The notes under the pieces are model-generated. The model saw only the letters and a list, made by a program, of their open reading frames with translations. It was not told the origin of the DNA and made no database searches. The translations under genes were made by a program, and so were the position numbers. From Sedimentisphaerales bacterium (GTDB lineage Bacteria; Planctomycetota; Phycisphaerae; Sedimentisphaerales; SM23-30), in contig JAFGKT010000060.1 of the NCBI GenBank assembly GCA_016928435.1, positions 20,870-84,869 on the forward strand: a DNA stretch of 64,000 nucleotides. Reading direction: 5' to 3'. Position 1 is the first letter of the stretch. Every line of letters starts with the position of its first letter. This document shows, one piece after another, positions 9,348 to 18,390 of this stretch.

Positions 9348-10595
9348 CTACTTCCTATAAGCTTTTTCCACTTTGTCGATTGCCGCCAGAATATCCGCGA
9401 TCTCTTGCTCGCCGCAACCCTCGTGAATCCCAATATTAAAATGCTTATCCGTCACTTTTATCGCGTTATCGATCCTGTACTGCGGCTCACGCGGCCCTTT
9501 GTAATCGCTGCACGTCCAAGGATAGCCTTTATTACCCAAGCCCACTCGCTCCTTGAACCACACCGCTTCTGCCGGTATATGCCTGTAGGACAACCCCGCC
9601 GGAATACCTTCCGCTGTCAATGCCTCGCAAAATGCCGCCTTGTCCACTTTCAACCCCGCCACATCCAACGCCAACCGCAAGAACCAATACGAACACTCCG
9701 TCTCCGGCTCCTGTACGCCCACCTGCACTACGCTGCCCTTGCGTGCCAACTCCGCCTTTACCGTCTCCCCAACCTTACGCCTCCGTGCCACAATACTTAC
9801 CAACTTCTTCAATTGCGCGGAGCCTATCGTCGCTGAAAGGTCGTTCAAGTTGCAGTTTATCGCCGCCCTCACGTTACTCGCTGTATCCAAATTGAACGGC
9901 TTACCCCGGTCCGCGAAACGCTTCGCCTGCCAAAACAACTCTTCGTTTCGCGTATAGACCACACCGCCTTGTCCGCCTGTGCAATGATGTTTCCCGAACA
10001 TCGTCGAATAAGCCGCGATGTCACCAAAACTCCCCACGTATTTGCCTTTGTACTTCGCCCCGTGCGCCTGCGCGCAGTCTTCCACTACATACAAGTTATG
10101 CTTCCGTGCCAACGCCATTACCGCGTCCATATCCACCGGCTCTCCCCCGATATGCGCTACCACAACCGCTTTGGTCCGTTCCGTAATCGCCGCCTCGATC
10201 TGCGCCGCTCCCACGTTGTAGCTTTTCTCATCCGTATCCGCTACCACCGGCACACAGCCCACCAGCACCGTCGGCATCGCCCCGCCCGGATCGGTTATCG
10301 CCGGGATAATAACTTCCGAAAAAGGCTCCAAATGCAACGCGCCCAACGCGCAAAACACCGCGTTCGTTCCTGAGTTTACCCCGTCCGCGAATCCGCCCCC
10401 CATAAACTCCGCGAAGTCTTTTTCGTACTGCTGTTCCGCTTCGCCGCCGTATCCAAACGCGTTACCGGTTTTGATCGCTTTGTCAAACATCGCCATCGCC
10501 GCTGCTTTTTCTTCTTCACCTATCAGCCCTCGGCTAGGCCAACCCGCGCTCCGTACCGCCTTGCCGCCATCTATCGCCAATTTTTCATTCGACAT
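9348..10595 (-). CDS. DegT/DnrJ/EryC1/StrS-family PLP-dependent aminotransferase
   Basis: 415 aa. N-terminal 'AIDGGKAVR', family-typical fold landmarks, candidate PLP lysine in 'MFGKHH'. Confidence 0.8.
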   Translation of the reverse strand: MSNEKLAIDGGKAVRSAGWPSRGLIGEEEKAAAMAMFDKAIKTGNAFGYGGEAEQQYEKDFAEFMGGGFADGVNSGTNAVFCALGALHLEPFSEVIIPAITDPGGAMPTVLVGCVPVVADTDEKSYNVGAAQIEAAITERTKAVVVAHIGGEPVDMDAVMALARKHNLYVVEDCAQAHGAKYKGKYVGSFGDIAAYSTMFGKHHCTGGQGGVVYTRNEELFWQAKRFADRGKPFNLDTASNVRAAINCNLNDLSATIGSAQLKKLVSIVARRRKVGETVKAELARKGSVVQVGVQEPETECSYWFLRLALDVAGLKVDKAAFCEALTAEGIPAGLSYRHIPAEAVWFKERVGLGNKGYPWTCSDYKGPREPQYRIDNAIKVTDKHFNIGIHEGCGEQEIADILAAIDKVEKAYRK

Positions 10596-10680
10596 CTTTC
10601 AATACTCCAATTCCAAAATACTTTAGAACCTAAAAGCCAAAATCAATAAGGTAGGATGGGTTTCAGCCCATGCTGTAAAA

Positions 10681-11586
10681 CTATTCCAAACCCAAATCAA
10701 TCAAACGATTAATATTACGCCACATAATCTTTTCGTACGCTTGTTCGCTTATTTGCCCCTGCTCTTTGATTTCCGTCAGCCATTCAATATGCTGCATATC
10801 GTTTTTCACCGAGCAGTAATCCAGCCCAAGCACCAACCGGTCCTGAAACTCATCGATAAACTTATATCCGTGTTCCGGATCGCGCTGCAATGCGTTCAAT
10901 CCCGAGCCTGCCGAAAGATCACCATACAAATTCGGATACTTCCGAAGCAACTCCGGCAAACGCCCGCCCGGCTGAACCTTACCCTTCGGATAACCGTTCT
11001 TGTCTTTGGCCTGCACATCCCCGCTCATCTCGTTCCAAAAATCCTGGCTGTGCCCAAAAAACTTCAGCTTCTTGAACCGAGCCAACGTTTTTTCCAAACG
11101 GTGCAATCCTATCTCATCTAATATCCCGTAGCTGTCGCAGTCCGGCGTAGTGGTATGAAAAGTGATCGGCAAATCCAACTTCTCCGCTGCCTCAAACAAA
11201 CACCACAATTGCGGATCGTCCCAATATACCCTTGCCGTCATCTCACCAATGCCCTTACAGCCCAAATCCTTAAACTGCTTCAGTACAAATTCAAAGTCTG
11301 CCGCCGTTGTATTCTCCGGCCGTTTGCCCAACCGCGGATCCAAATTGCAAAACGGGATAAACCGCCCCGGATAACGCTCGCATATCTCCAGCACCTCCCC
11401 AATGCTCTGCGGTTCTATATGCAGCGGCTCAGGACTAACGATCGGCAAAATAATTGTTTTGTCGATCCCTTTAGCCTCCATTATCGCTAATTGCTGTTCT
11501 ACCGACATAAACGTGGTAGTGTTAGGAGCGGGTAGCATTTTAGGCCAAAGTAACACATGCGCGTGAGCATCAATAATCATAATCAA
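10681..11586 (-). CDS. amidohydrolase-family metal-dependent TIM-barrel hydrolase
   Basis: N-terminal 'IIDAHAHV' HxH metal motif; 301 aa. Confidence 0.75.
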   Translation of the reverse strand: MIMIIDAHAHVLLWPKMLPAPNTTTFMSVEQQLAIMEAKGIDKTIILPIVSPEPLHIEPQSIGEVLEICERYPGRFIPFCNLDPRLGKRPENTTAADFEFVLKQFKDLGCKGIGEMTARVYWDDPQLWCLFEAAEKLDLPITFHTTTPDCDSYGILDEIGLHRLEKTLARFKKLKFFGHSQDFWNEMSGDVQAKDKNGYPKGKVQPGGRLPELLRKYPNLYGDLSAGSGLNALQRDPEHGYKFIDEFQDRLVLGLDYCSVKNDMQHIEWLTEIKEQGQISEQAYEKIMWRNINRLIDLGLE

Positions 11587-11626
11587 ACTCCTAGATCATT
11601 TTTAGTGTATTTACTCTAGTGTTCGC

Positions 11627-12487
11627 CTACTTGATCACTTTTTCTTTCTGGCCGGATTTGCCCGATTTCTCCAGTGCTTCCAAAACCTGCACCGGCCGCA
11701 GCATCTGCATATGACTCTCCGGCTCCACCCCTGTCTTAAACATATCCGTAAAACACTTTACCCCGCCCAAATACGGACTGGCGTCAAACTTCAATACTTG
11801 ATGATAAGTACTCTCTGCGCCCATAGCACCTATCGCGAAGGGCCCATGCCAGTTCTTTTTCATGTGCATAGTCACAATCTTGCCCTTAGGATAAATCAAC
11901 TGCCCCGTTGCCCCGTCGCCGTTCTTAATAACCTGCACCGACGCAACATCATAGCCAAAAGCCTTCAATGCCACGTCCAATTGATGTATCCCATAAAAGA
12001 ACACCCCACCCCAAGGATTCGTAAAATCGGATGCCCCATAAGTGTCACCAGCTACGATCTCACCCATCTGTTCAATCTTCTTCAAAAACCGAGCAAAGCT
12101 CTTCTGGTGCGGCAATACACTAAAGCTCGTAACCGGAGTCTTATGTTTCTTCGCGATCGCCAGAAATTCCTTCCCCTCAGCTGCGCGATAACAAAACGGC
12201 TTGTCAACAAAAGTCGGAACCCCAGCCTTGACAAAGGGCAATACCGCCTTCAAATGGTACTTCGGATGACGATGGTCAACAATCACCGCGTCGATCTTAC
12301 CCAGCATGTCTTTGGGATCTGTTACGATCTTTTTGATCTTTCCAGCCTTAGCCGCCGCCTTCGCGTAGGCCGCCGTCTCACCCCATACGTAATCTACGCT
12401 GCAATCCTTGATCTTGCCCCATATATTGATAATCGTCGCGATAGCTGCAGTGTGACTGTTCTCTGCACCAATGATACCAATCTTCAT
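11627..12487 (-). CDS. Gfo/Idh/MocA-family oxidoreductase
   Basis: N-terminal Rossmann 'MKIGIIGAENSH'; family-typical length and 'FVDKPF' motif. Confidence 0.8.
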   Translation of the reverse strand: MKIGIIGAENSHTAAIATIINIWGKIKDCSVDYVWGETAAYAKAAAKAGKIKKIVTDPKDMLGKIDAVIVDHRHPKYHLKAVLPFVKAGVPTFVDKPFCYRAAEGKEFLAIAKKHKTPVTSFSVLPHQKSFARFLKKIEQMGEIVAGDTYGASDFTNPWGGVFFYGIHQLDVALKAFGYDVASVQVIKNGDGATGQLIYPKGKIVTMHMKKNWHGPFAIGAMGAESTYHQVLKFDASPYLGGVKCFTDMFKTGVEPESHMQMLRPVQVLEALEKSGKSGQKEKVIK

Positions 12488-12534
12488 CGTTAAACTCCTT
12501 TAACTATGCCGTGAGGCCCGATTTTTAACACCTT

Positions 12535-12681
12535 TTATATTATCGATAATACACCTTTCCTTGTAGCTTTTTCCCTCAGCTCAGTCAACCCCATTTCTTC
12601 CCCAAAATGCCTCTTTTTCTTTGCCTCTATCCACAAACTATCACGCAAACCTATTATTAGCAACCCTTTATAATCAGCCAT
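12535..12681 (-). CDS. hypothetical small protein (48 aa), possibly ribbon-helix-helix-like
   Basis: Shortest ATG-initiated version of ORF 12535..12861 (ATG at 12681). It lies in an AT-rich spacer. The longer versions would overlap the divergent wrbA start. No recognisable family. Confidence 0.2.
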   Translation of the reverse strand: MADYKGLLIIGLRDSLWIEAKKKRHFGEEMGLTELREKATRKGVLSII

Positions 12682-12859
12682 TTTTTTGTCTTTTTTCCCT
12701 CTCGTAATTTTCCCTCGCATATACCCATTTATTTCCTCACCCAGCAGGCTATGGCGATATTTGTTTTGCATTTGCCTACGCCAAGTTATCTGTCTATCAT
12801 GTAATCGATATATGTGGGAAACATAAATTCGCCTCCTTTTTCCTCCAGGAGCCAAAACC

Positions 12860-13459
12860 ATGAAAAATATCCTTGTCCTTTACTATTCTATGTACGGCCA
12901 TGTCGAACAAATGGCCCAAGCCGTCGTCGAAGGCGCCTCTTCCGTCCCAGGTGTCCAAGTCACCCTCAAACGTGTCCCCGAACTCATGCCCGAAGACGTT
13001 GCCCGTAAAGCCGGCGCCAAACTCGATCAATCCGCTCCTGTCGCCGACCCCAAAGAACTCGCCGGTTATGATGCCGTCATCTTCGGCTCACCCACACGAT
13101 TCGGCAATATGGCTGCCCAAATGCGCAACTTTCTCGATCAGACCGGCAGCCTATGGGCCCAAGGCGCATTGGTCGGCAAAATAGGAAGCGTCTTCACCAG
13201 CACCGGAACCGGCGGCGGCAACGAAACCACAATCCAATCGTTCCATACCACTCTTTTCCATCATGGCATGATAGTCGTCGGCTTGCCCTACGCATGCCCC
13301 GAACTAATGGACGTCTCCCAACCCCACGGCGGATCTCCCCTCGGTGCCGGCACCCTCGCCGACCACGACGGCTCCCGCCAACCATCACCCCTAGAACTCA
13401 AACTCGCCCGTTTCCAAGGTCAACACGTCGCCCAAATCACCACAAAAATGTCTTCTTAA
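12860..13459 (+). CDS. wrbA: NAD(P)H:quinone oxidoreductase WrbA (flavodoxin-like)
   Basis: '[19 protein letters not shown]' and 'SPTRFGNM' are WrbA hallmarks. AGGAG sits 9 nt upstream of the ATG. Confidence 0.9.
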   Translation: MKNILVLYYSMYGHVEQMAQAVVEGASSVPGVQVTLKRVPELMPEDVARKAGAKLDQSAPVADPKELAGYDAVIFGSPTRFGNMAAQMRNFLDQTGSLWAQGALVGKIGSVFTSTGTGGGNETTIQSFHTTLFHHGMIVVGLPYACPELMDVSQPHGGSPLGAGTLADHDGSRQPSPLELKLARFQGQHVAQITTKMSS

Positions 13460-13543
13460 TACATGCCTCCCGCATTATAAAAACCATTGGACTCGCGTAG
13501 AACGGGCTCTCAGCCCATGCGGATTAACTTCATCGGAGCAAAC

Positions 13544-14566
13544 ATGAGCAAAGCCAAAATAATATGCACCTTAGGTCCCGCAAGCAGCGACCCTGCCACA
13601 TTAAAGAAAATGATCGAGGCCGGCATGAGCGTCGCCCGCCTCAACTTCTCCCACGGCACCGAAAACGTCCATCAGCAAACCGTAGATACAATCCGCCGGC
13701 TAAACCATAGAAAAAGAAACAAACTCAAAATCCTGCAAGACCTCGAAGGCTTCCGCATAAGGGTCGGACGACTCAAAACCCCAAGCCGCACCATCGAACT
13801 GGTCAAAGGCGCCATTATTACCTTCATCAAAGCCGACCAAACCGACAAGAAAAACGTAATACCGTTCGATTACGATGGTTCTTTATATAACATCAAGCAG
13901 GGTTGTCATATTTTCATCGACGACGGCAACATCGCCCTCAAGGTCAAAACCCGCGACAAAAACAAGGTAAAAGCCGAAGTCATCGTACCAGGCACCCTAA
14001 AGGAACACAAAGGTATCAATATCCCCGACACCGACCTCAAATTCCAAGGCATGACCGAAAAAGATCAGCAAAGCCTTCTGTTCGGCATAGCCAACAAAGT
14101 CGATTTCATCGCCCAATCCTTCGTACGCACCAAAGACGATGTCATCAATGTCCGCAAATTCATCAACGATCGCAAATACAATTGCCCCCTCATCGCCAAA
14201 ATCGAAAACCGCCAAGGCATCGCCAACATCGATGAAATCGCGGATGTCGCTGATGGCATAATGATCGCCCGCGGCGATATGGGCGTCTCCCTGCCCATCT
14301 ACGAAGTCCCCATCGTCCAAAAAATGATCATCAAAAAATGCAGCCGCCACCGCTCCTTCGTCATCACCGCCACCCAAATGCTCGAAAGCATGACAGAACA
14401 CGTTCGTCCCACCCGCGCCGAAGTCAGCGATGTCGCCAACGCCATAATCGACGGCAGCGACTACGTAATGTTATCAGGCGAAACCGCCGTCGGCAAACAC
14501 CCCGTCGCCGCGGTACAAATGATGAGCCAAATAATCAAATTCACCGAAAAAGCCCTCAAAGCCTAA
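13544..14566 (+). CDS. pyk: pyruvate kinase, short form (A+B domains only)
   Basis: ATG at 13544 gives '[14 protein letters not shown]'. Motifs 'LNFSHG', 'AKIENRQG', 'MIARGDMG' and 'TQMLESM' are present. The ORF stops after the A-domain (340 aa). Confidence 0.85.
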   Translation: MSKAKIICTLGPASSDPATLKKMIEAGMSVARLNFSHGTENVHQQTVDTIRRLNHRKRNKLKILQDLEGFRIRVGRLKTPSRTIELVKGAIITFIKADQTDKKNVIPFDYDGSLYNIKQGCHIFIDDGNIALKVKTRDKNKVKAEVIVPGTLKEHKGINIPDTDLKFQGMTEKDQQSLLFGIANKVDFIAQSFVRTKDDVINVRKFINDRKYNCPLIAKIENRQGIANIDEIADVADGIMIARGDMGVSLPIYEVPIVQKMIIKKCSRHRSFVITATQMLESMTEHVRPTRAEVSDVANAIIDGSDYVMLSGETAVGKHPVAAVQMMSQIIKFTEKALKA

Positions 14567-14612
14567 ACCAATCGCAAAAATCATCTAACCCCCGCAACAC
14601 TCGCCAAATTAG

Positions 14613-14635
14613 CCCCCTGACCTGTCAGGGGGTTT
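14613..14635. terminator. hairpin between convergent pyk and CPBP genes
   Basis: 'CCCCCTGAcctgTCAGGGGG' followed by TTT on the plus strand and an A/T-rich tract on the minus strand. Confidence 0.6.
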
Positions 14636-14692
14636 CAGCCAATAGTCTGACAAACCCCGATAATAGGCGAATCCGTTTTTTCCCCTCACCCC

Positions 14693-15601
14693 TTATGCTG
14701 TCAACAACGTCAAAACCAACTGCATCCCGTTAAAAAGCGCATGGCCGATAATTGGAATAAAAATATTGCGGTACTTCTCGTAAGCATACCCCAAACACAT
14801 CGCCAACACAAAAAGCGCCGGCCAATGCTGCCAGTTTCCCGCGTCGTGCAGCATCACGAAAAAAACCGAAGCCCCAATAATCCCCAACCACCGTTGCCGC
14901 GGACTCGCACTCCTCAACTCACCCGGCAACTTTTCAGGCACCGCCTCACCAGGTAACAAATTCTCAAAGACCGACCGCGGTCTGCAAAACAGCCCAACTA
15001 AAAAGCTCTGCACCATACCCCGAAAAAAAAGCTCTTCCTCGATAGGCGTAAACACCGCCGCCATCACCACCATCAAAACCCTCAGCAACGCGTCGGGCTT
15101 CTCCGCCAGCGTTTTGAGTACTTCGTGCTGCTGATCTGTGTCATACCCGCATAGTGAACATGCCGTCATGGTGATAAACAGAGTCAAAAGCGTTAATCCC
15201 GTACCAACGAAAAAAATCACTCCCCCTCGTCGCACAGTATCAAGCCATTTTCCTCTAACCAACCCGAACCCGCTCAGTCCATCATCAAAAAACCGCTTGG
15301 CTGCCAGCAAGATAAAGCCGATCGTCAAAACCTGCGTCAATATATAAAGGCCGTAAAACCCCGAAGTGCCCGCCTCAATCCCAGCCTTCAACGGCACCAC
15401 TTTGAGAATCACCCAAACTATGAATATAATCCCCAATTCTTTAAGCCCCAAGCGGTGAGGCCGTTGCGGCGCATCCTCCAACGCCGCAGCAAAACCCCCG
15501 CTGCGTTTGAGCCAATACACAAATGCGATAACAGCCCCCGCATACCAAACGCAGTAAATAATCGTGGAAATAGTGCTATCCAATTCATTTCCCCAATTCA
15601 C
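14693..15601 (-). CDS. CPBP (CAAX/Abi) family intramembrane glutamic endopeptidase
   Basis: Polytopic. 'EELFFRG' and 'HALFN' motifs. Start overlaps the proC stop by 17 nt. Confidence 0.8.
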   Translation of the reverse strand: MNWGNELDSTISTIIYCVWYAGAVIAFVYWLKRSGGFAAALEDAPQRPHRLGLKELGIIFIVWVILKVVPLKAGIEAGTSGFYGLYILTQVLTIGFILLAAKRFFDDGLSGFGLVRGKWLDTVRRGGVIFFVGTGLTLLTLFITMTACSLCGYDTDQQHEVLKTLAEKPDALLRVLMVVMAAVFTPIEEELFFRGMVQSFLVGLFCRPRSVFENLLPGEAVPEKLPGELRSASPRQRWLGIIGASVFFVMLHDAGNWQHWPALFVLAMCLGYAYEKYRNIFIPIIGHALFNGMQLVLTLLTA

Positions 15602-16382
15602 GACTGCGCTGCGTAGCCCGAAGTACCGTATTCTCGATTATCTCCGCGACCGGCGAATTCTCCAGCACTTCCCGACCCGCCACCGTCGTACCGTTAGGTG
15701 AAGAAACCATCTGAATCAACTCTTCACAATCCATCTTCCACTCACTCAGCAATTCGGCTGTACCCGCGAAAGTTTTCAGCGTCAGTTCCCGCGCCACGCC
15801 CGGCTCTAGCCCCGCCCGCACTCCGCCGTTGATGAACGCCTCGATAATCCGCGCCACAAACGCGGGCCCCGATCCGCTTAGCCCCGTCACCGCGTCCAGC
15901 AAATCCTCCTCCACCTGCACCGCCGTCCCCGCGCATGCCAACATCGCGCGTACCCGCGCAAGCTGCTCATCGCTCACATCGGCACCAACAGCGAACCCTG
16001 CCGCCATTTGTCCCACCAGGCACGCCGTATTCGGCATAACCCGAACAACCGGCTCAGCCAACACCTCTCGTATCTTCTCGATCCGAACCCCCGCCATGAT
16101 CGAAACCACCACCTGATCCGCCTGCGCCTCCGAAACGCACCCCGAGATCGCGTCCGGAAAGTTCTGCGGCTTGAATGCCAAAACCACCATCTCAGCCGTC
16201 TGAAAAACCTCAGCGTTATCACCCGTCGTAACCACCCCCAATTCCCGCTCAACTTTCTCAAGTTGCTCGCCCGACACGTCGCTGCATATTATATCTTTTG
16301 CTCCAATCAACCCGCTCCGTATCATTGCCCCCATGAGCGCTTGCGCCATTTTTCCAGCGCCAATAAAACCGACCTTGTTCAT
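15585..16382 (-). CDS. proC: pyrroline-5-carboxylate reductase
   Basis: 'VGFIGAGKMAQAL' Rossmann motif and 'SSPNGTT' C-terminal signature; 265 aa. Confidence 0.9.
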   Translation of the reverse strand: MNKVGFIGAGKMAQALMGAMIRSGLIGAKDIICSDVSGEQLEKVERELGVVTTGDNAEVFQTAEMVVLAFKPQNFPDAISGCVSEAQADQVVVSIMAGVRIEKIREVLAEPVVRVMPNTACLVGQMAAGFAVGADVSDEQLARVRAMLACAGTAVQVEEDLLDAVTGLSGSGPAFVARIIEAFINGGVRAGLEPGVARELTLKTFAGTAELLSEWKMDCEELIQMVSSPNGTTVAGREVLENSPVAEIIENTVLRATQRSRELGK

Positions 16383-16595
16383 TTTTGGTAACTCCTGGGC
16401 TCTATAGTACCTTCCACTAAACCCCCCAATATTGCCTATTTTTAACTGAAAAAAAAGTGAGAATTAGCCGTCGCCTGAGCATCCATATAATACATTGTTT
16501 TTACGTACTTTAAGAACCTTTTTATCCGTTTTTCACCCCAAAATGCAATATTGCCCCAAAAAAAACGAACTTCCCACCATATGCCTGCGTATAAT

Positions 16596-16679
16596 CTAAC
16601 AGTAAGAGAATACAAAAACAACAACCAAACAACCAACTGAAAACACACACAAGGCACCAAAGACAGCAAACAACAGCAT
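16596..16679 (-). CDS. 27-codon hydrophobic small ORF (MLLFAVFGALCVFSVGCLVVVFVFSYC)
   Basis: ATG at 16679 preceded by 'AAAGGAGGAGGAGAACGAAA' (strong SD, 7-nt spacing). TAG at 16596-16598. Not in the ORF track (too short). The coding call is speculative. Confidence 0.3.
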   Translation of the reverse strand: MLLFAVFGALCVFSVGCLVVVFVFSYC

Positions 16680-16756
16680 TTTCGTTCTCCTCCTCCTTTG
16701 CTCCGAGCGGAAGGGCCCTTATGAGTAACATCTTGTAAGGGCCCTCCGCTTTTGTT
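16602..16756 (+). ncRNA. candidate ~155-nt sRNA, antisense to the small ORF
   Basis: Perfect TATAAT at 16590-16595 on the plus strand. CA-rich unstructured body. Ends in a ~16-bp hairpin (16705-16751) followed by TTGTT. There is no plus-strand gene upstream that could need this terminator. Confidence 0.3.
16705..16756 (+). terminator. intrinsic-terminator-like hairpin 75 nt upstream of rtcB
   Basis: 'GAGCGGaAGGGCCCTTA-14 nt-TAAGGGCCCTCCGCTT' then 'TTGTT'. A T-tract is present only on the plus strand. Confidence 0.5.
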
Positions 16757-16829
16757 ACATTAGGACCTGGCGTAGAACGTTCCCTCATCTGCTGACAAAA
16801 CCAACACGCTCGGCCGTGGGGTAACCCCA

Positions 16830-18263
16830 ATGCAGCTCAAACGCTTGGACAAATATCGCTGTCTCATCGAGCCAGACCCCGCCATGCGCGTCCCTGCCTG
16901 CGTATATGTTTCCGACCGCCTCAAAGTCGAACCCGACGCCTTAAGGCAACTCCGCGACGCCGCCTGCCTCGAGCCTGCCCGTCAAGTCCTAGCCACCCCC
17001 GATATTCACGTAGGTTTCGGCGTACCAATCGGCGCCGTCGTCGCCCTCCAGGACGCTATTATGCCCGCCGCCGTCGGATACGACATTAACTGCGGCATGC
17101 GACTGCTCACCACACCCCTCAAACGCAAAGATTGCGACGTTGATCGCCTTGCCCATAGCATTGCTCGTGATATTCCCTTGGGCGAAGGAAAATCCAATCT
17201 CACCTTGACCGGCGACGACCTCGACGCCGTTCTCACCAACGGCCTGGATGCCTTACCTGCCCTCGCCGAACACAACGCCCATCGAGCTTGGCAAGCCTAT
17301 GATCCTCAGCAGTGGACCATCGACCGCAAAGCCGTTGAACGCAACGGCGCGTTGCCCGGCGAAGCATCCTCTGTGCCCTTCAAGGCCCGCGAAAAAGGCG
17401 GCGCCCAACTTGGAACCCTCGGCGGTGGAAACCATTTCATCGAAATTCAAATTGTCGATAAAGTACTCGACGAACCCTTGGCTCGAACTTTCGGCCTAGA
17501 GATTGGCAACATCACCGTCATGATCCATTCCGGCTCACGTCGCCTTGGTTACGAAGTAGCTGATGAATACATGCGTCTCGCTGCCGATACCCGAGATGCC
17601 CAAGGACCAGCCCGACAATTGGCCTACCTAAACAAAAACGAAAAAGGGTTCGCCCGCTATGTCGGCGCCATGAACGCCGCCGGTAACTTCGCTTATGTCA
17701 ATCGTCACATAATGATGCTGCTCGTCCGCCGCTGTTTCCGCCACGAATTCCCCCATCTCGAAATGCCCCTCATCTATGATGTCTCGCACAACATGGCCCA
17801 ATTCGAACAGCACAGCCAAGGCAGTTTCTGGGTCCATCGCAAAGGCGCCACCCGCGCGTTCGGCCCCAAACGCATGGCTGGAACCCCTTTCGCCGCGATC
17901 GGCCAACCCGTCATCATTCCCGGCTCTATGGGCACCGGCAGCTATCTGCTCATCGGCGACGATGGTTCCGAAGAAGCCCTCGCGTCCGTCAACCACGGGG
18001 CAGGACGAACCATGAGCCGCAGCGCCGCCGTCGGCAAACGCAATCGACGTACCGGCAAAGTAATCCGACCCGCCGCCATTACCGACGACGAATTCAAACG
18101 CTCAATGAAAGACGTCACCCTAATCGCCGCCGACAAATTCGCCGTCAAGGAAGAAGCCCCCGCAGCCTACAAAGACATAGACCAAGTCATTGATGTCGTC
18201 GCCGGCGCAGGCCTAGCCCGACCAGTAGTACGCCTCAAACCCCTGGCAGTCCTAAAAGGATGA
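16830..18263 (+). CDS. rtcB: RNA 3'-phosphate ligase RtcB
   Basis: 'GYDINCGMR', 'GGGNHFIE', 'HSGSRRLG', 'VSHNMA', 'PGSMG' and 'VNHGAGR' are RtcB active-site landmarks. Confidence 0.92.
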   Translation: MQLKRLDKYRCLIEPDPAMRVPACVYVSDRLKVEPDALRQLRDAACLEPARQVLATPDIHVGFGVPIGAVVALQDAIMPAAVGYDINCGMRLLTTPLKRKDCDVDRLAHSIARDIPLGEGKSNLTLTGDDLDAVLTNGLDALPALAEHNAHRAWQAYDPQQWTIDRKAVERNGALPGEASSVPFKAREKGGAQLGTLGGGNHFIEIQIVDKVLDEPLARTFGLEIGNITVMIHSGSRRLGYEVADEYMRLAADTRDAQGPARQLAYLNKNEKGFARYVGAMNAAGNFAYVNRHIMMLLVRRCFRHEFPHLEMPLIYDVSHNMAQFEQHSQGSFWVHRKGATRAFGPKRMAGTPFAAIGQPVIIPGSMGTGSYLLIGDDGSEEALASVNHGAGRTMSRSAAVGKRNRRTGKVIRPAAITDDEFKRSMKDVTLIAADKFAVKEEAPAAYKDIDQVIDVVAGAGLARPVVRLKPLAVLKG

Positions 18264-18390
18264 CCAGGTCTCAACAATGTCGTTATGTGACTTAGCCAGA
18301 CCGAAAAACGCCTGTCATGCCAGCGAAGGCTGACATCCATCCCTGAAATTCCGATTTCACTGTGGCAGCGCCCGGCGCTAAGCGCTTTTT

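Noticed and set aside
12682-12861. The full-length 108-aa version of ORF 12535..12861.
   Set aside because: Its start would overlap the divergent wrbA start codon and SD. Only the shorter internal-ATG version is kept, at low confidence.
13491-13510. A shared 10-mer 'gcgtagaacg' lies upstream of pyk (13496) and rtcB (16773).
   Set aside because: Thousands of 10-mer coincidences are expected in 2 x 64 kb, and the flanks do not align.
16442-16830. Minus-strand ORFs 16442..16669 (75 aa) and 16522..16830 (102 aa) cover the proC-rtcB spacer.
   Set aside because: Both use non-ATG starts without an SD and translate low-complexity CA/TG-rich DNA. The only reading frame with a strong SD and an ATG is the 27-codon ORF, which is reported separately.
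18313-18335. A hairpin 'TGTCATGCCagcgaaGGCTGACA' lies 50 nt after the rtcB stop.
   Set aside because: It is a single copy in this window, has no T-tract (so it is not a convincing terminator), and I could not tie it to any of the repeat families.
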